From Burkholderiales bacterium (GTDB taxonomy: Bacteria; Pseudomonadota; Gammaproteobacteria; Burkholderiales; Burkholderiaceae_C): a stretch of 54,206 nucleotides of DNA. The notes under the pieces are model-generated. The model searched no databases, was not told where the DNA came from, and saw only the letters and a program-made list of their open reading frames with translations. Position numbers and translations under genes: made by a program. This document shows, one piece after another, positions 18,059-28,345 of this stretch (the stretch's first letter is position 1; the number at the start of each line of letters is the position of its first letter). The stretch lies in NCBI GenBank assembly GCA_031376995.1, contig JANMEO010000183.1, positions 1 through 54,206 of the forward strand, in the 5' to 3' direction.

Positions 18059-18239
18059 TGTAGTGAGATGACACCCAGTCGCCAAAATGCAATCGGGTTT
18101 CACCCAACTCAGGCATGGCCCTTGCTGAGAATGGGGGGGTTTTAAGTAACAATCAGCACCTTCAGGTTGGATGGGTAAAGAGGGCCAGATTTCAAATAAG
18201 CCCCCCCCACCTTGAGCAGACGCTTGCAACAACACGCCC

Positions 18240-19637
18240 ATGTTTGACGAACGTAGCCACAACACACGAACTTTTTACAGCGCCCCACAGTCAGTGACCT
18301 CGTTGGTTGCGGCCGTGCTTGAGCCGGTTCTCACGGTGCTGGTTTTTTTAGCAGTTAACGTGCTAGCGGGTGAGCGGATAGATCGGCCCGAGCAAATTTT
18401 GTGCTTTTTGGTGGTGGCATTGACTTTCCCTGGGCACAATCGCTTCCGCGAAAACTTGTTGGTCGCCGGCACTGAGCTTTTAATCTCCTGGTTCACAGTG
18501 GTGGTCATTTTGTACATGTGTGGAAGCGCCACGCGCAGCATGCATCTTTTTGACAAAGATGCCTTGATGGCCTGGGCAATCATCACCCCCATGTCTCAAT
18601 GGATCAGCATTTGGGCCGGACAAAAAATACTCAAACATCGCGCGACCCTCCAAGAATCCAGGCACTCCGCCGTGGTGGTAGGCGCCGGCCCTCTGGGTGT
18701 GAAGGTGGCTCGTTCGCTGGTGACTAACATTCACCAAGGAGTCGATTTTTTAGGTTATTTTGATGACCGAACCGACGAACGTATTCAAAGCGATGCAGCC
18801 GCTCAATTGCTCGGTGGCCTGAAAGACTTGGCTCACTACATCACGGCGCATGGCGTCAGAGAGGTCTACATCACCTTGCCACTAGGGCTGCAGCCACGCA
18901 TCGTCGATTTGCTTGAGCGCATTCAAGGAACCACCGCAAGTCTGTTTTTTGTACCTGATGTATTTGGCATCAGCATCATTCAAGGCCGCCTGCAAGACAT
19001 GAACGGCATCCCAGTCGTAGGGATTTGTGAGACACCGTTTACAGGCACCAATGCACTGGCCAAAAGGGTGAGTGACATCGTCCTTAGCCTTATCATTTTG
19101 GTGATAATTTCGCCGCTTCTGTTATCGCTCATCATTGCGGTCAAGCTGAGTTCACCTGGCCCGGCAATTTTCAGACAAAAGCGCAATGGACTTGATGGAG
19201 ATGAAATCACGGTCTATAAATTTCGCTCGATGACAACGCAAGACAATGGGCCCTCAGTGAAGCAAGCGACCAAAGGCGACGCCCGAATTACCAAACTTGG
19301 AGCTTTCATCCGCCGAACCTCACTGGATGAACTGCCGCAGTTTATTAACGTGTTGCAAGGCCGCATGAGTATCGTGGGGCCTCGCCCACATGCTGTCGCT
19401 CACAATGCCCAATACCGCGAGTTGATCAAGGCCTACATGGTTCGGCATAAAGTCAAACCTGGCATCACTGGATGGGCCCAGATCAACGGGCACCGGGGCG
19501 AAACTGACACCATCGACAAAATGAAGGCGCGAGTCGAATACGATTTAGAGTACCTACGCAATTGGTCTTTAGGACTGGATTTGCAAATCATTGTTCGGAC
19601 CATCGGGTTGGTCTTCTTTGACCGCAATGCCTACTAA
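18240..19637 (+). CDS. Undecaprenyl-phosphate hexose-1-phosphate transferase (WcaJ/EpsB-like priming glycosyltransferase)
   Basis: 465 aa with N-terminal TM helices and a bacterial sugar transferase domain (IFRQKRNGLDG..., DELPQFINVLQGRMSIVGPRP). Confidence 0.9.
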   Translation: MFDERSHNTRTFYSAPQSVTSLVAAVLEPVLTVLVFLAVNVLAGERIDRPEQILCFLVVALTFPGHNRFRENLLVAGTELLISWFTVVVILYMCGSATRSMHLFDKDALMAWAIITPMSQWISIWAGQKILKHRATLQESRHSAVVVGAGPLGVKVARSLVTNIHQGVDFLGYFDDRTDERIQSDAAAQLLGGLKDLAHYITAHGVREVYITLPLGLQPRIVDLLERIQGTTASLFFVPDVFGISIIQGRLQDMNGIPVVGICETPFTGTNALAKRVSDIVLSLIILVIISPLLLSLIIAVKLSSPGPAIFRQKRNGLDGDEITVYKFRSMTTQDNGPSVKQATKGDARITKLGAFIRRTSLDELPQFINVLQGRMSIVGPRPHAVAHNAQYRELIKAYMVRHKVKPGITGWAQINGHRGETDTIDKMKARVEYDLEYLRNWSLGLDLQIIVRTIGLVFFDRNAY

Positions 19638-19826
19638 GGCTCGCCACCATAATAGGCGCCCGATCAAAAAATAACCATCGCATTAAGCCCTTGGGCGAAT
19701 GGCCACAGAACACATCGATCAAATCATGGTTTTTGTCTTCACCCTCAACTTGATAGCAAGCACCACCGCAGCCTTGGGCGCTTGCTTCTTGAACTCAAAC
19801 TTCAGCGTTCCAAAACGGAGATTTTT

Positions 19827-21104
19827 ATGCCTCAGCCCACCCACTCTCAACCCTTGATAACCCCATCACGCCGGACATGGGGCTTGGCAGTTGGGCTGCT
19901 GAGTGTTGGTGCCGGTTGGGCTCAAAGCACCACCCCACCCACCAGGGAGACCACCAGCCCCTACTTCATTGGTGCCGGGTTGGGGCTGACCTACGACTCC
20001 AACGTCACACGTGTGAGCAGCAACCCTCAAAGCGACACCTCGACGACGTCAACACTGCTTGCTGGCATCAACCAGACATTGAGCCGACAACGCATCTATT
20101 TGGATGCCAACATCGCCAACAATCGCTATCAAGAGTTCAAATCTCTGAACAACACCAGCTATGGCCTCAATACGGGTATCAACTGGGAAACCATCGGCAG
20201 CCTGTCTGGCAATGTGCGTTATGGCTTGTCGCAAAATCTAGCCAATCCAGCCCTGGCCGGAGCACCATCAAGCTTGCGCAACAGCCAGAAAACCCAACTT
20301 GTGGGCACCAGCGCCAGATATGGCATGAACAGCAGGGTTGCCCTGGAGGCAGGGATTCAACATCGCCAGGTGGACTACTCGCTGCCCTCCTTCTCTTCAC
20401 TAGAAAACACACAAAATGTGGCCAATGTGGGTGTTGTCTTTGGGCTCAGGGGCCTACTCACTGTGGGATTGGGTGCTCGCTCTACCGAGACAGATAGGCC
20501 TCGCTACAACGCCTTGGGTTCAGACGAAGCACAGCGCAAAGACATCGACTTGACCCTTGGCTGGAGCCCCAGCGGCCGAAGCACCATCAACGGCCGCATC
20601 AGTGCCAGCAAAGAAGATCACTCGCGCGCAACAGCCTCTGACTTCTCAGGAGTCACTGGCAACTTAAGTTGGGATTTTCAACCCTTTGGACGATTGAGAT
20701 TCAATACAACGTTCAATCGTGACACCGGTAGCGAGTCACGTTTTCTTGACTTCGCCAGCACCCCTGACAAGGCCAGCGGCAAAGAGGTCAGCACCCCAAC
20801 GGACACTGAAATCTACCGCTTAACCCACACCTTGCAAGGCAGCGCCACTTATCTCGTCACCAGCAAAATCACCTCAACCGCCTTTCTCAGCCGCTCACGT
20901 GGCTCTCTGGTGGGCAACGGCGTTAATACGTCCTTTGGACGCGACAACGTGACCACTTATGGCGTGGCCGCGACCTACCTCGCAACTCGCAGCTTGTCAC
21001 TGACATGCAGAGTGAATCATGAAGCACGCAGCACCAACTCCAACCTCTCAAGCAGCTACACAGCGAACACGCTGGCCTGCTTGGGTAACGTGTACTTGAG
21101 GTAA
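19827..21104 (+). CDS. Putative outer-membrane beta-barrel protein of the polysaccharide locus
   Basis: ATG 19827 follows GGAG. Signal peptide ..SVGAGWAQ. Ser/Thr/Asn/Gly-rich sequence with alternating hydrophobic residues (YFIGAGLGLTYDSNV...). Family not recognised. Confidence 0.5.
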   Translation: MPQPTHSQPLITPSRRTWGLAVGLLSVGAGWAQSTTPPTRETTSPYFIGAGLGLTYDSNVTRVSSNPQSDTSTTSTLLAGINQTLSRQRIYLDANIANNRYQEFKSLNNTSYGLNTGINWETIGSLSGNVRYGLSQNLANPALAGAPSSLRNSQKTQLVGTSARYGMNSRVALEAGIQHRQVDYSLPSFSSLENTQNVANVGVVFGLRGLLTVGLGARSTETDRPRYNALGSDEAQRKDIDLTLGWSPSGRSTINGRISASKEDHSRATASDFSGVTGNLSWDFQPFGRLRFNTTFNRDTGSESRFLDFASTPDKASGKEVSTPTDTEIYRLTHTLQGSATYLVTSKITSTAFLSRSRGSLVGNGVNTSFGRDNVTTYGVAATYLATRSLSLTCRVNHEARSTNSNLSSSYTANTLACLGNVYLR

Positions 21105-21108
21105 CACC

Positions 21109-22161
21109 TTGCTAGCGAATACAGCATCCTCGCACTCAGGGGCTGGCACCATTTTATTAACGGGTGCTGCAGGTTACATCGGCTCTCACACTTGGTTGAC
21201 CCTGCTTGAGCATGGCTACCGAGTCGTGGGGGTCGACAATTTCTCCAACAGCTCCCCCGACGTTTTGTCCCGGCTTCATCGTTTGAGTGGGCAAGCACTT
21301 TGTTTTGAACAGCTCGACGTGCGTGATCGTCAATCACTTGACGCAGTCTTTGAAACGCATGACATTCAAGCTGTGGTCCATTTTGCTGCGTTCAAAGCGG
21401 TGGGCGAGAGTACCCAAAAGCCTTTGGACTACTACACCAACAACATCGGTGGCTTACTTAATTTGACGCAAGTGATGGTGCGTCACAACTGCAAAAAACT
21501 GGTGTTCAGCTCTAGTGCTACGGTCTACGGCGTACCCAAATCGCTGCCCATTCGAGAGGACGCCTCACTGAGCACGCAAAGCCCTTACGGAGCGACCAAA
21601 CTCATGGGTGAGACGATGTTGCAAGACATCGCAGCCGCTGATCCGGGATGGTCCATCGCTTTGTTACGCTACTTCAACCCTGTGGGCGCCCATGAAAGTG
21701 GATTGATTGGAGAAGATCCCCAAGGCATTCCGAACAACCTGATGCCCTATGTGACGCAAGTGGCCGTTGGCAAACGACCGCGGTTGCAAGTTTTTGGCAA
21801 CGATTACAACACCCCCGACGGCACAGGCGTGCGTGACTACATTCACGTGCAAGATTTAGCTCATGGCCACAGTTTGGCATTGCGTTACTTGCTGGGAGAC
21901 AAAGGCAGCCTGACTGTCAACCTGGGCACCGGCAGGGGTTACAGCGTGCTTGACCTGATCAAGGCCTTTGAGCGCGCCAGTGGGCAAACCATACCTTACG
22001 ACATCGTCAGTCGTCGACCCGGTGACGTTGACGCCTGCTATGCTGACCCGAGCCAAGCCCAAGCATTGCTGGGCTGGCGTGCAACAAGAGATTTAGACGC
22101 CATGTGCATTGACAGTTGGCGTTGGCAACATGCCAACCCTCAAGGCTATCGATCCGCATGA
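21109..22161 (+). CDS. galE: UDP-glucose 4-epimerase
   Basis: TGAAGYIGSH Rossmann motif, catalytic SPYGATK (YxxxK), and a GalE-typical C-terminus. TTG start. Confidence 0.9.
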   Translation: MLANTASSHSGAGTILLTGAAGYIGSHTWLTLLEHGYRVVGVDNFSNSSPDVLSRLHRLSGQALCFEQLDVRDRQSLDAVFETHDIQAVVHFAAFKAVGESTQKPLDYYTNNIGGLLNLTQVMVRHNCKKLVFSSSATVYGVPKSLPIREDASLSTQSPYGATKLMGETMLQDIAAADPGWSIALLRYFNPVGAHESGLIGEDPQGIPNNLMPYVTQVAVGKRPRLQVFGNDYNTPDGTGVRDYIHVQDLAHGHSLALRYLLGDKGSLTVNLGTGRGYSVLDLIKAFERASGQTIPYDIVSRRPGDVDACYADPSQAQALLGWRATRDLDAMCIDSWRWQHANPQGYRSA

Positions 22162-22205
22162 ACGATGCGATGGACAGCCCCATTAACCCCATAGCGTGAT
22201 ATCAG

Positions 22206-23669
22206 ATGGACTCATCCTTCCAGCCCCCTATTAACGTTCAACCCGTCATCATGGCCGGTGGCAGCGGCACCCGCTTGTGGCCCCTTTCTCGCGCACAGCA
22301 CCCCAAGCAGTTTTTGATCTTGCAGGGCAACCAGAGTTTGTTTCAGCAAGCCGCCCAGCGCTTGGCCGCACTGTCAAGTGCCGACATTGTTGTGACCGAG
22401 CCCTGCGTGGTCGGCAATGAGGAGCATCGGTTTGTGGTCCTTGACCAACTTCGCGAGATCGAGCTTGATCGGGCTGCCGTGCTTCTAGAGCCATCTGGGC
22501 GCAATACAGCCCCCGCGATGACCCTGGCGGCGTTACAGGCCACGGCATCAGGCAGCGACCCCGTTCTGGTCGTCTCGCCAGCAGACCAAACGGTGACTGA
22601 TCCTCAAGCCTTCGCCGCCGCCCTTCAGCAGGCGATCAGGGTGGCCCATGCAGGTGCATTTGTGATTTTAGGCATCTCGCCAGACCGGCCAGAAACAGGC
22701 TTTGGCTACATTCTGACTGAAAGCCATTTAGGCCAGGCCTCACGCGTCATGGCGTTCATCGAGAAGCCCGATCTTCAAACAGCCGAGCGCTATCTGAGCG
22801 ATGGAGGCTACTTCTGGAACAGTGGCATTTTTGTGGTTCGCGCATCAATGTGGCTGAATGCGTTGAAATCTTTTCGCCCAGATATCGAGCAGGCCTCACG
22901 CGCAGCGTGGGATGCCAGGTCAACGGATGCTGGCTTTGTGCGCCCAGGCAAGACCGAGTTTGCGTTGATCCCTAGCGAGTCGGTCGATTACGCCGTACTG
23001 GAGAAGTGTCCAGCTGCCAAAGGGTTTGATATTCGAATGGTGGCACTGAACGCAGGCTGGTCAGATCTGGGTGCCTGGGATGCCGTCTGGCAGGTGAGCC
23101 CGAAAGATGCGGCTGGCAATGCATCGGTCGGAGATACGCTGTTACTGGACAGCCACAACACCTTGGTCCATGCCACCAACCGTTTGGTGAGCGTCGTGGG
23201 CTTATCCAACATCGTGGTAGTTGAAACACCCGATGCAGTTTTAGTGGCAGAGCGACATCGCAGTCAGGATGTCAAGCACATTGTGGCCCAACTTAAAAGT
23301 TCGGGCCGTACAGAACAAAACCTGCATCGGCAAGTCCACCGGCCCTGGGGTTGGTATGACAGCATCGACAGTGGCCCCAGGTTTCAAGTCAAGCGGATCA
23401 TGGTCAAGCCTGGCGCCTCTCTGAGCTTACAAAAACATCATCATCGCGCAGAGCATTGGATTGTGGTAACAGGTACAGCAGAAGTGACCAATGGAGACCA
23501 GGTGATTTTATTGACCGAAAACCAGAGCACCTATATCCCGCTGGGTCAAGTGCACCGATTGGCTAACCCAGGCAAAGTACCGCTTGAAATCATCGAAGTT
23601 CAATCAGGGAGCTACCTGGGTGAAGACGATATTGTTCGGTTCGAAGACACCTACGGGCGAGTGAAATAA
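22206..23669 (+). CDS. manC: Bifunctional mannose-1-phosphate guanylyltransferase / mannose-6-phosphate isomerase (type II PMI-GMP)
   Basis: 487 aa with IMAGGSGTRLWPLSR at the N-terminus and a C-terminal cupin (HHHRAEHWIVVTGTAEV). Confidence 0.9.
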   Translation: MDSSFQPPINVQPVIMAGGSGTRLWPLSRAQHPKQFLILQGNQSLFQQAAQRLAALSSADIVVTEPCVVGNEEHRFVVLDQLREIELDRAAVLLEPSGRNTAPAMTLAALQATASGSDPVLVVSPADQTVTDPQAFAAALQQAIRVAHAGAFVILGISPDRPETGFGYILTESHLGQASRVMAFIEKPDLQTAERYLSDGGYFWNSGIFVVRASMWLNALKSFRPDIEQASRAAWDARSTDAGFVRPGKTEFALIPSESVDYAVLEKCPAAKGFDIRMVALNAGWSDLGAWDAVWQVSPKDAAGNASVGDTLLLDSHNTLVHATNRLVSVVGLSNIVVVETPDAVLVAERHRSQDVKHIVAQLKSSGRTEQNLHRQVHRPWGWYDSIDSGPRFQVKRIMVKPGASLSLQKHHHRAEHWIVVTGTAEVTNGDQVILLTENQSTYIPLGQVHRLANPGKVPLEIIEVQSGSYLGEDDIVRFEDTYGRVK

Positions 23670-23712
23670 CCTCCACCCTGACCAGGATCGACAAACCTGG
23701 GTAATCAAAAAT

Positions 23713-23751
23713 GGCTTGAGATTGAGCGCTTAGCAAGCTCAATCTCAAGCC
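23713..23751. terminator. Strong hairpin between convergent manC and gltA (likely bidirectional terminator)
   Basis: Perfect 15-bp arms GGCTTGAGATTGAGC / GCTCAATCTCAAGCC with a 9-nt loop. A T-run follows on the minus strand (ATTTTTG). Confidence 0.6.
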
Positions 23752-23785
23752 AAATCAGTTTGCGAGTTTAGCCGTAACTGCAGCT

Positions 23786-25096
23786 CTAACGCTGGCCGAT
23801 AGGCTTCACAGCCCGAGGTGTAGCGCCCGTGAACAACTGACGAGGGCGACCAATTTTGTACTCGGGGTCACCGATCATTTCGTTGAGTTGGGCTATCCAA
23901 CCCACCGTGCGTGCCAGCGCAAAAACGGCCGTGAACAGGCTCACTGGGATGCCCAGTGCACGCTGGACAATCCCAGAGTAAAAATCAACATTGGGGTAAA
24001 GCTTGCGAGAAACGAAGTACTCATCTTCAAGGGCAATTTTTTCAAGCGCCATGGCCAGCTTGAAAATGGGATCATCATGCAAACCCAGGACATTCAGGAC
24101 TTCGTGGCAGGTCTCACGCATGAGCTTGGCGCGGGGGTCATAGTTTTTATACACACGGTGACCAAAACCCATCAGACGCACACTGGAATCTTTGTCCTTG
24201 ACCTGTTTGATGAATTCGCCAATGCGCTCTACACCGCCCATGCGCTGCACGTCCTCAAGCATGTTCAAGGCCGCCTCATTCGCCCCCCCATGTGCAGGCC
24301 CCCACAAGCAGGCGACGCCAGCCGCTATGGCCGCAAAGGGGTTGGTGCCCGATGAGCCGCACAAACGCACGGTTGAAGTCGAGGCATTTTGCTCATGGTC
24401 TGCGTGCAAAATGAAAATACGGTCGATGGCGCGCACCAAGACATCGTTGGCTTGATAGTCTTCACAAGGGGTCGCAAACATCATGCGCATGAAGTTGCTG
24501 GAGTAAGACAACTCATTCTTTGGGTAGATGAAAGGCTGCCCAATGGAGTATTTGTAGGCCATGGCCACCAAGGTGGGCAGCTTTGCAATCAGGCGGATGG
24601 CGGAGATCTCCCGATGAGCGGGGTTATGCACGTCAGTGCTGTCGTGATAAAACGCTGACAAAGCCCCCACCAGACCCGTCAAAATGGCCATAGGATGGGC
24701 ATCTCGGCGAAACCCGCGCAAAAAGAACTGCATCTGCTCATTCACCATGGTGTGGTTGGTAACCAACTTGGTAAATGAAACGCGCTCAGAGGTGTTTGGC
24801 AACTCGCCCTTGAGTAGCAAATAGCAAACCTCAAGAAAGTCGCAATTCAAGGCCAACTGCTCAATCGGGTAGCCGCGATAGAGCAGTTCACCTTTATCGC
24901 CGTCAATGTAAGTGATCTGTGAGCTGCAAGATGCGGTCGACAAAAAGCCAGGATCGTAGGTGAACTTGCCGGTTTGTGCGTAGAGCTTGCGAATATCAAT
25001 CACGTCAGGGCCCACACTGCCCTTATAAAGAGGCAGCTCCATGCTTGGGCTGCCATCAGAAAACGACAGGGTGGCTTTCACGTCAGATGGCGTCAT
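23786..25096 (-). CDS. gltA: Citrate synthase (type II)
   Basis: 436 aa with [13 protein letters not shown] and other citrate synthase signatures. Confidence 0.97.
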   Translation of the reverse strand: MTPSDVKATLSFSDGSPSMELPLYKGSVGPDVIDIRKLYAQTGKFTYDPGFLSTASCSSQITYIDGDKGELLYRGYPIEQLALNCDFLEVCYLLLKGELPNTSERVSFTKLVTNHTMVNEQMQFFLRGFRRDAHPMAILTGLVGALSAFYHDSTDVHNPAHREISAIRLIAKLPTLVAMAYKYSIGQPFIYPKNELSYSSNFMRMMFATPCEDYQANDVLVRAIDRIFILHADHEQNASTSTVRLCGSSGTNPFAAIAAGVACLWGPAHGGANEAALNMLEDVQRMGGVERIGEFIKQVKDKDSSVRLMGFGHRVYKNYDPRAKLMRETCHEVLNVLGLHDDPIFKLAMALEKIALEDEYFVSRKLYPNVDFYSGIVQRALGIPVSLFTAVFALARTVGWIAQLNEMIGDPEYKIGRPRQLFTGATPRAVKPIGQR

Positions 25097-25159
25097 GAAT
25101 ATTCCTTGTGGTTGGTCATTTTGATCAATAGCGCATCCAGTACATCAAGGATTCGCCAG

Positions 25160-25456
25160 CTACTGCAACGCAGGTTGGCGCAGCCATTGCAAAACATCGA
25201 GAACTTCTTTGGTACACCAATCGCCATTGGGCTCTTTTCGAGCTAAAAGCAGATCCAACAAATCATTGTCAGCCAACTCCATGAGGGCATACAAGCCACA
25301 GGCCTTGGCCTGGGTGAGTTGCCCATTGAAGCGATGGAAAAACCGCTCAATAAACAAGTCATTTTCTAGTAAGCCCCGGCGGCAACGCCAGCGAAGCTTG
25401 CTGAGTTCGGCGGTACTCAGCAACAAATCAACATTGGGCACGCTGGGCTCCATCAA
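25160..25456 (-). CDS. sdhE: Succinate dehydrogenase assembly factor 2 / FAD assembly factor SdhE (DUF339)
   Basis: RWRCRRGLLENDLFIERFF motif. Lies between sdhB and gltA and overlaps the sdhB stop. Confidence 0.8.
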   Translation of the reverse strand: MMEPSVPNVDLLLSTAELSKLRWRCRRGLLENDLFIERFFHRFNGQLTQAKACGLYALMELADNDLLDLLLARKEPNGDWCTKEVLDVLQWLRQPALQ

Positions 25457-26157
25457 ACGGCGCGCCGAACCATCAGCTCTTTGATCTTGCCAATGGCTCT
25501 GGTTGGGTTCAACCCTTTAGGACACACATCGACGCAGTTCATGATGGTGTGACAACGGAATAAACGATAAGGATCTTCAAGATTGTCGAGACGACCTGCT
25601 GTATCTTGATCGCGGCTGTCAGCAATGAAACGATAGGCCTGCAACAAACCCGCTGGGCCTACGAACTTGTCTGGATTCCACCAAAAGCTGGGGCAGCTTG
25701 TCGAGCAACTCGCACACAAAATACACTCGTAAAGCCCATTCAGCTCGTCGCGCTCTTCGGGAGACTGTAAGCGCTCTTTCTCTGGCGGCATGGTCTCGTT
25801 GACGAGATAAGGTTTGATGGAGTTGTACTGCTTAAAGAACTGGGTCATGTCGACCAGCAAATCGCGAATCACAGGCAAGCCTGGCAGCGGCTTCAGAACA
25901 ATCGGATCTTTCAAGGTCAGCATGTTGGTCAGGCAAGCCAGGCCATTTTTGCCATTAATGTTCATGGCGTCAGAACCGCAAACCCCCTCGCGGCAAGAGC
26001 GCCGGAAGCTCAGGCTTGGATCGGTTGCCTTGAGCTTCATCAAAGCATCAAGAAGCATTCGATCCCCACTGCCAAGCTCAACCTGCAGGGTCTGCATGCG
26101 GGGCTTCGTGTCGGTATCGGGATCGTAACGGTAGATTTGAAAGACGCGTTGGGTCAT
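25453..26157 (-). CDS. sdhB: Succinate dehydrogenase iron-sulfur subunit
   Basis: Cys clusters CREGVCGSDAMNING, CILCASCSTSCP and CHTIMNCVDVCPK. Confidence 0.97.
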   Translation of the reverse strand: MTQRVFQIYRYDPDTDTKPRMQTLQVELGSGDRMLLDALMKLKATDPSLSFRRSCREGVCGSDAMNINGKNGLACLTNMLTLKDPIVLKPLPGLPVIRDLLVDMTQFFKQYNSIKPYLVNETMPPEKERLQSPEERDELNGLYECILCASCSTSCPSFWWNPDKFVGPAGLLQAYRFIADSRDQDTAGRLDNLEDPYRLFRCHTIMNCVDVCPKGLNPTRAIGKIKELMVRRAV

Positions 26158-26182
26158 GACTTCTCCTGATTCAGGCCTGGGG

Positions 26183-27967
26183 TTAGAAGGTGCGAACCTT
26201 GGGCGGAATCGAGTCGGTGCTCGTAGGCTGCAGATTCACAGGCTTGTAATCGACTCGACTACCTTCGCTGTACCATAAAGTGTGTTTCATCCACTCTTCG
26301 TCATTGCGGCCATTGGGAAACTCAAGACAATCGCCATAGTCATTGACCGAGTGGGCGCCACGGCTTTCATGGCGCGCCGCTGCAGACACCATGGTTGCCA
26401 TGGCCGCTTCGATGAGGTTATCGACCTCTAAAGCTTCGATGCGGGCTGTGTTGAAGACCTTGGATTTATCAGCCAAGTGAATCTGGCTAACACGCTGAGC
26501 CAGGGCCTTGATCTCATTAACCCCCTTGTCCATTGTGGCTTGCGTACGGAACACACCCGCGTGTTGCTGCATGCTGGTGCGAATGGCATCAGCAACATCT
26601 TGAGCATACTCACCCGATTGAGATCCATTAAGGCGGTTCAGTCGAGACAAAGTGTAGTCAGGCGCATCGGTTGGCAACGGTTTGTGGGCCTTGGTCTTGA
26701 GCGCCGCATCGACAATGTGGTTGCCAGCTGCTCGCCCAAAAACCAGCAAATCAAGCAAAGAGTTGGTGCCGAGTCGGTTGGCGCCATGAACGCTGACACA
26801 GGCACACTCACCCACCGCGTAGAGCCCCCCCAAAACATCGTTGTGCTTGCCATTGCGGGGAATCACAACCTGACCGTACACATTGGTAGGGATGCCCCCC
26901 ATCTGATAATGAATGGTCGGTACGACGGGGATCGGGGCCACCGTGATGTCCACATTGGCAAAGTTGTGCCCGATTTCAAGGACTGAAGGCAACCGCTTGC
27001 TGATGGTCTCGGCACCCAGGTGGGTCATGTCAAGAACCACGTGGTCTTTGTTAGGGCCGCACCCTCGGCCCTCTTTGATTTCTTGATCCATGCAGCGTGA
27101 AATGAAGTCACGGGGTGCCAAGTCTTTGAGGGTGGGAGCATAGCGCTCCATGAAGCGCTCGCCATTGCTGTTGCGCAAAATGGCGCCTTCGCCTCGACAG
27201 CCTTCTGTCAACAACACGCCGGCGCCAGCCACCCCTGTCGGGTGAAACTGCCAAAACTCCATGTCTTGCAATGGAATGCCTGCGCGCGCCGCCATCCCAA
27301 GACCGTCGCCCGTATTGATAAAGGCATTGGTGGAGGCTGCAAAGATACGACCCGCCCCCCCCGTTGCCAACAAAACGATCTTGGCTTCTAAAATGAAAAA
27401 CTCACCAGTTTCCATTTCGAGGGCTGTGACGCCTACCACGTCACCCTCGGCATCACGAATCAAATCAAGAGCCAGCCATTCAACAAAAAAGTTGGTGTGC
27501 TCTTTGATATTTTGCTGATAAAGCGTGTGCAGCATGGCGTGGCCCGTACGGTCAGCTGCGGCACAAGCCCGTTGAACTGGCTTTTCACCATAGTTGGCGG
27601 TATGCCCACCGAACGGCCGCTGATAAATGGTGCCATCGGGGTTGCGATCAAACGGCATGCCCATGTGCTCAAGCTCATAAACCACCTTGGACGCTTCGCG
27701 GCACATGAACTCAATAGCGTCTTGATCGCCCAGCCAGTCTGAGCCTTTGACCGTGTCATAAAAATGGAAATGCCAATTGTCTTCGCTCATGTTGCCCAAC
27801 GAGGCGCCGATGCCCCCCTGGGCAGCCACCGTATGTGAGCGCGTTGGGAACACTTTGGACAGCACGGCCACATTCAGGCCAGCGCGCGACAGCTGCAATG
27901 AAGCCCGCATGCCCGACCCACCCGCGCCCACGATGACCACATCAAATTTTCTTTTGTTCACTGCCAT
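26183..27967 (-). CDS. sdhA: Succinate dehydrogenase flavoprotein subunit
   Basis: 594 aa from MAVNKRKFDVVIVGAGGSGMRA, with the HPTG and RSHTVAAQGG motifs. ATG 27967 overlaps the sdhD stop (ATGA). The ORF-track extension to 28273 is a shadow over sdhD. Confidence 0.97.
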   Translation of the reverse strand: MAVNKRKFDVVIVGAGGSGMRASLQLSRAGLNVAVLSKVFPTRSHTVAAQGGIGASLGNMSEDNWHFHFYDTVKGSDWLGDQDAIEFMCREASKVVYELEHMGMPFDRNPDGTIYQRPFGGHTANYGEKPVQRACAAADRTGHAMLHTLYQQNIKEHTNFFVEWLALDLIRDAEGDVVGVTALEMETGEFFILEAKIVLLATGGAGRIFAASTNAFINTGDGLGMAARAGIPLQDMEFWQFHPTGVAGAGVLLTEGCRGEGAILRNSNGERFMERYAPTLKDLAPRDFISRCMDQEIKEGRGCGPNKDHVVLDMTHLGAETISKRLPSVLEIGHNFANVDITVAPIPVVPTIHYQMGGIPTNVYGQVVIPRNGKHNDVLGGLYAVGECACVSVHGANRLGTNSLLDLLVFGRAAGNHIVDAALKTKAHKPLPTDAPDYTLSRLNRLNGSQSGEYAQDVADAIRTSMQQHAGVFRTQATMDKGVNEIKALAQRVSQIHLADKSKVFNTARIEALEVDNLIEAAMATMVSAAARHESRGAHSVNDYGDCLEFPNGRNDEEWMKHTLWYSEGSRVDYKPVNLQPTSTDSIPPKVRTF

Positions 27968-28335
27968 CAAAGTCTCCAGAGTGCTTGAATCGCCCAGCCA
28001 GCACAGCCAACAAGCCACACAATTGCAGCCACCTGCAGCAGCAATCGCAACAGCATCGGCTTGACATAGTCCATCAAGATGTCTCGCATCCCAACCCAGG
28101 CATGCATCGAAAGCGAAATCACGGCAACCAAGGTCAACAGCTTCATCCACTGTGCAGAAAAAATCCCAGCCCAGAAGTCGTAGCCTGTGGATGCGCTGGG
28201 CAAGAGCACTTGAACAACCAAAGCCACAGTGAAGACGGCCATGATCAACGCAGTCACCCGCTGACTGAGCCAATCACGCAGGCCGTAATGCGCCCCCACC
28301 ACCACGCGCTTAGAACCAAAATTAGGAGCTGTCAT
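27967..28335 (-). CDS. sdhD: Succinate dehydrogenase hydrophobic membrane anchor subunit
   Basis: 122 aa with 3 TM helices, positioned between sdhC and sdhA. Confidence 0.9.
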   Translation of the reverse strand: MTAPNFGSKRVVVGAHYGLRDWLSQRVTALIMAVFTVALVVQVLLPSASTGYDFWAGIFSAQWMKLLTLVAVISLSMHAWVGMRDILMDYVKPMLLRLLLQVAAIVWLVGCAGWAIQALWRL

Positions 28336-28345
28336 TGTCTAAACC

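Noticed and set aside
27968-28273. 102-codon N-terminal extension of sdhA in the ORF track, with similar long extensions for ubiB (to 17684), ubiJ (to 18265), nuoN, nuoM, nuoF, nuoH, nuoI, nuoA, tpiA, pnp, tsaD and the FmdB gene
   Set aside because: The extensions overlap upstream genes or intergenic DNA. Conserved family N-termini begin at the internal ATG codons chosen here, and those starts give normal operon spacing.
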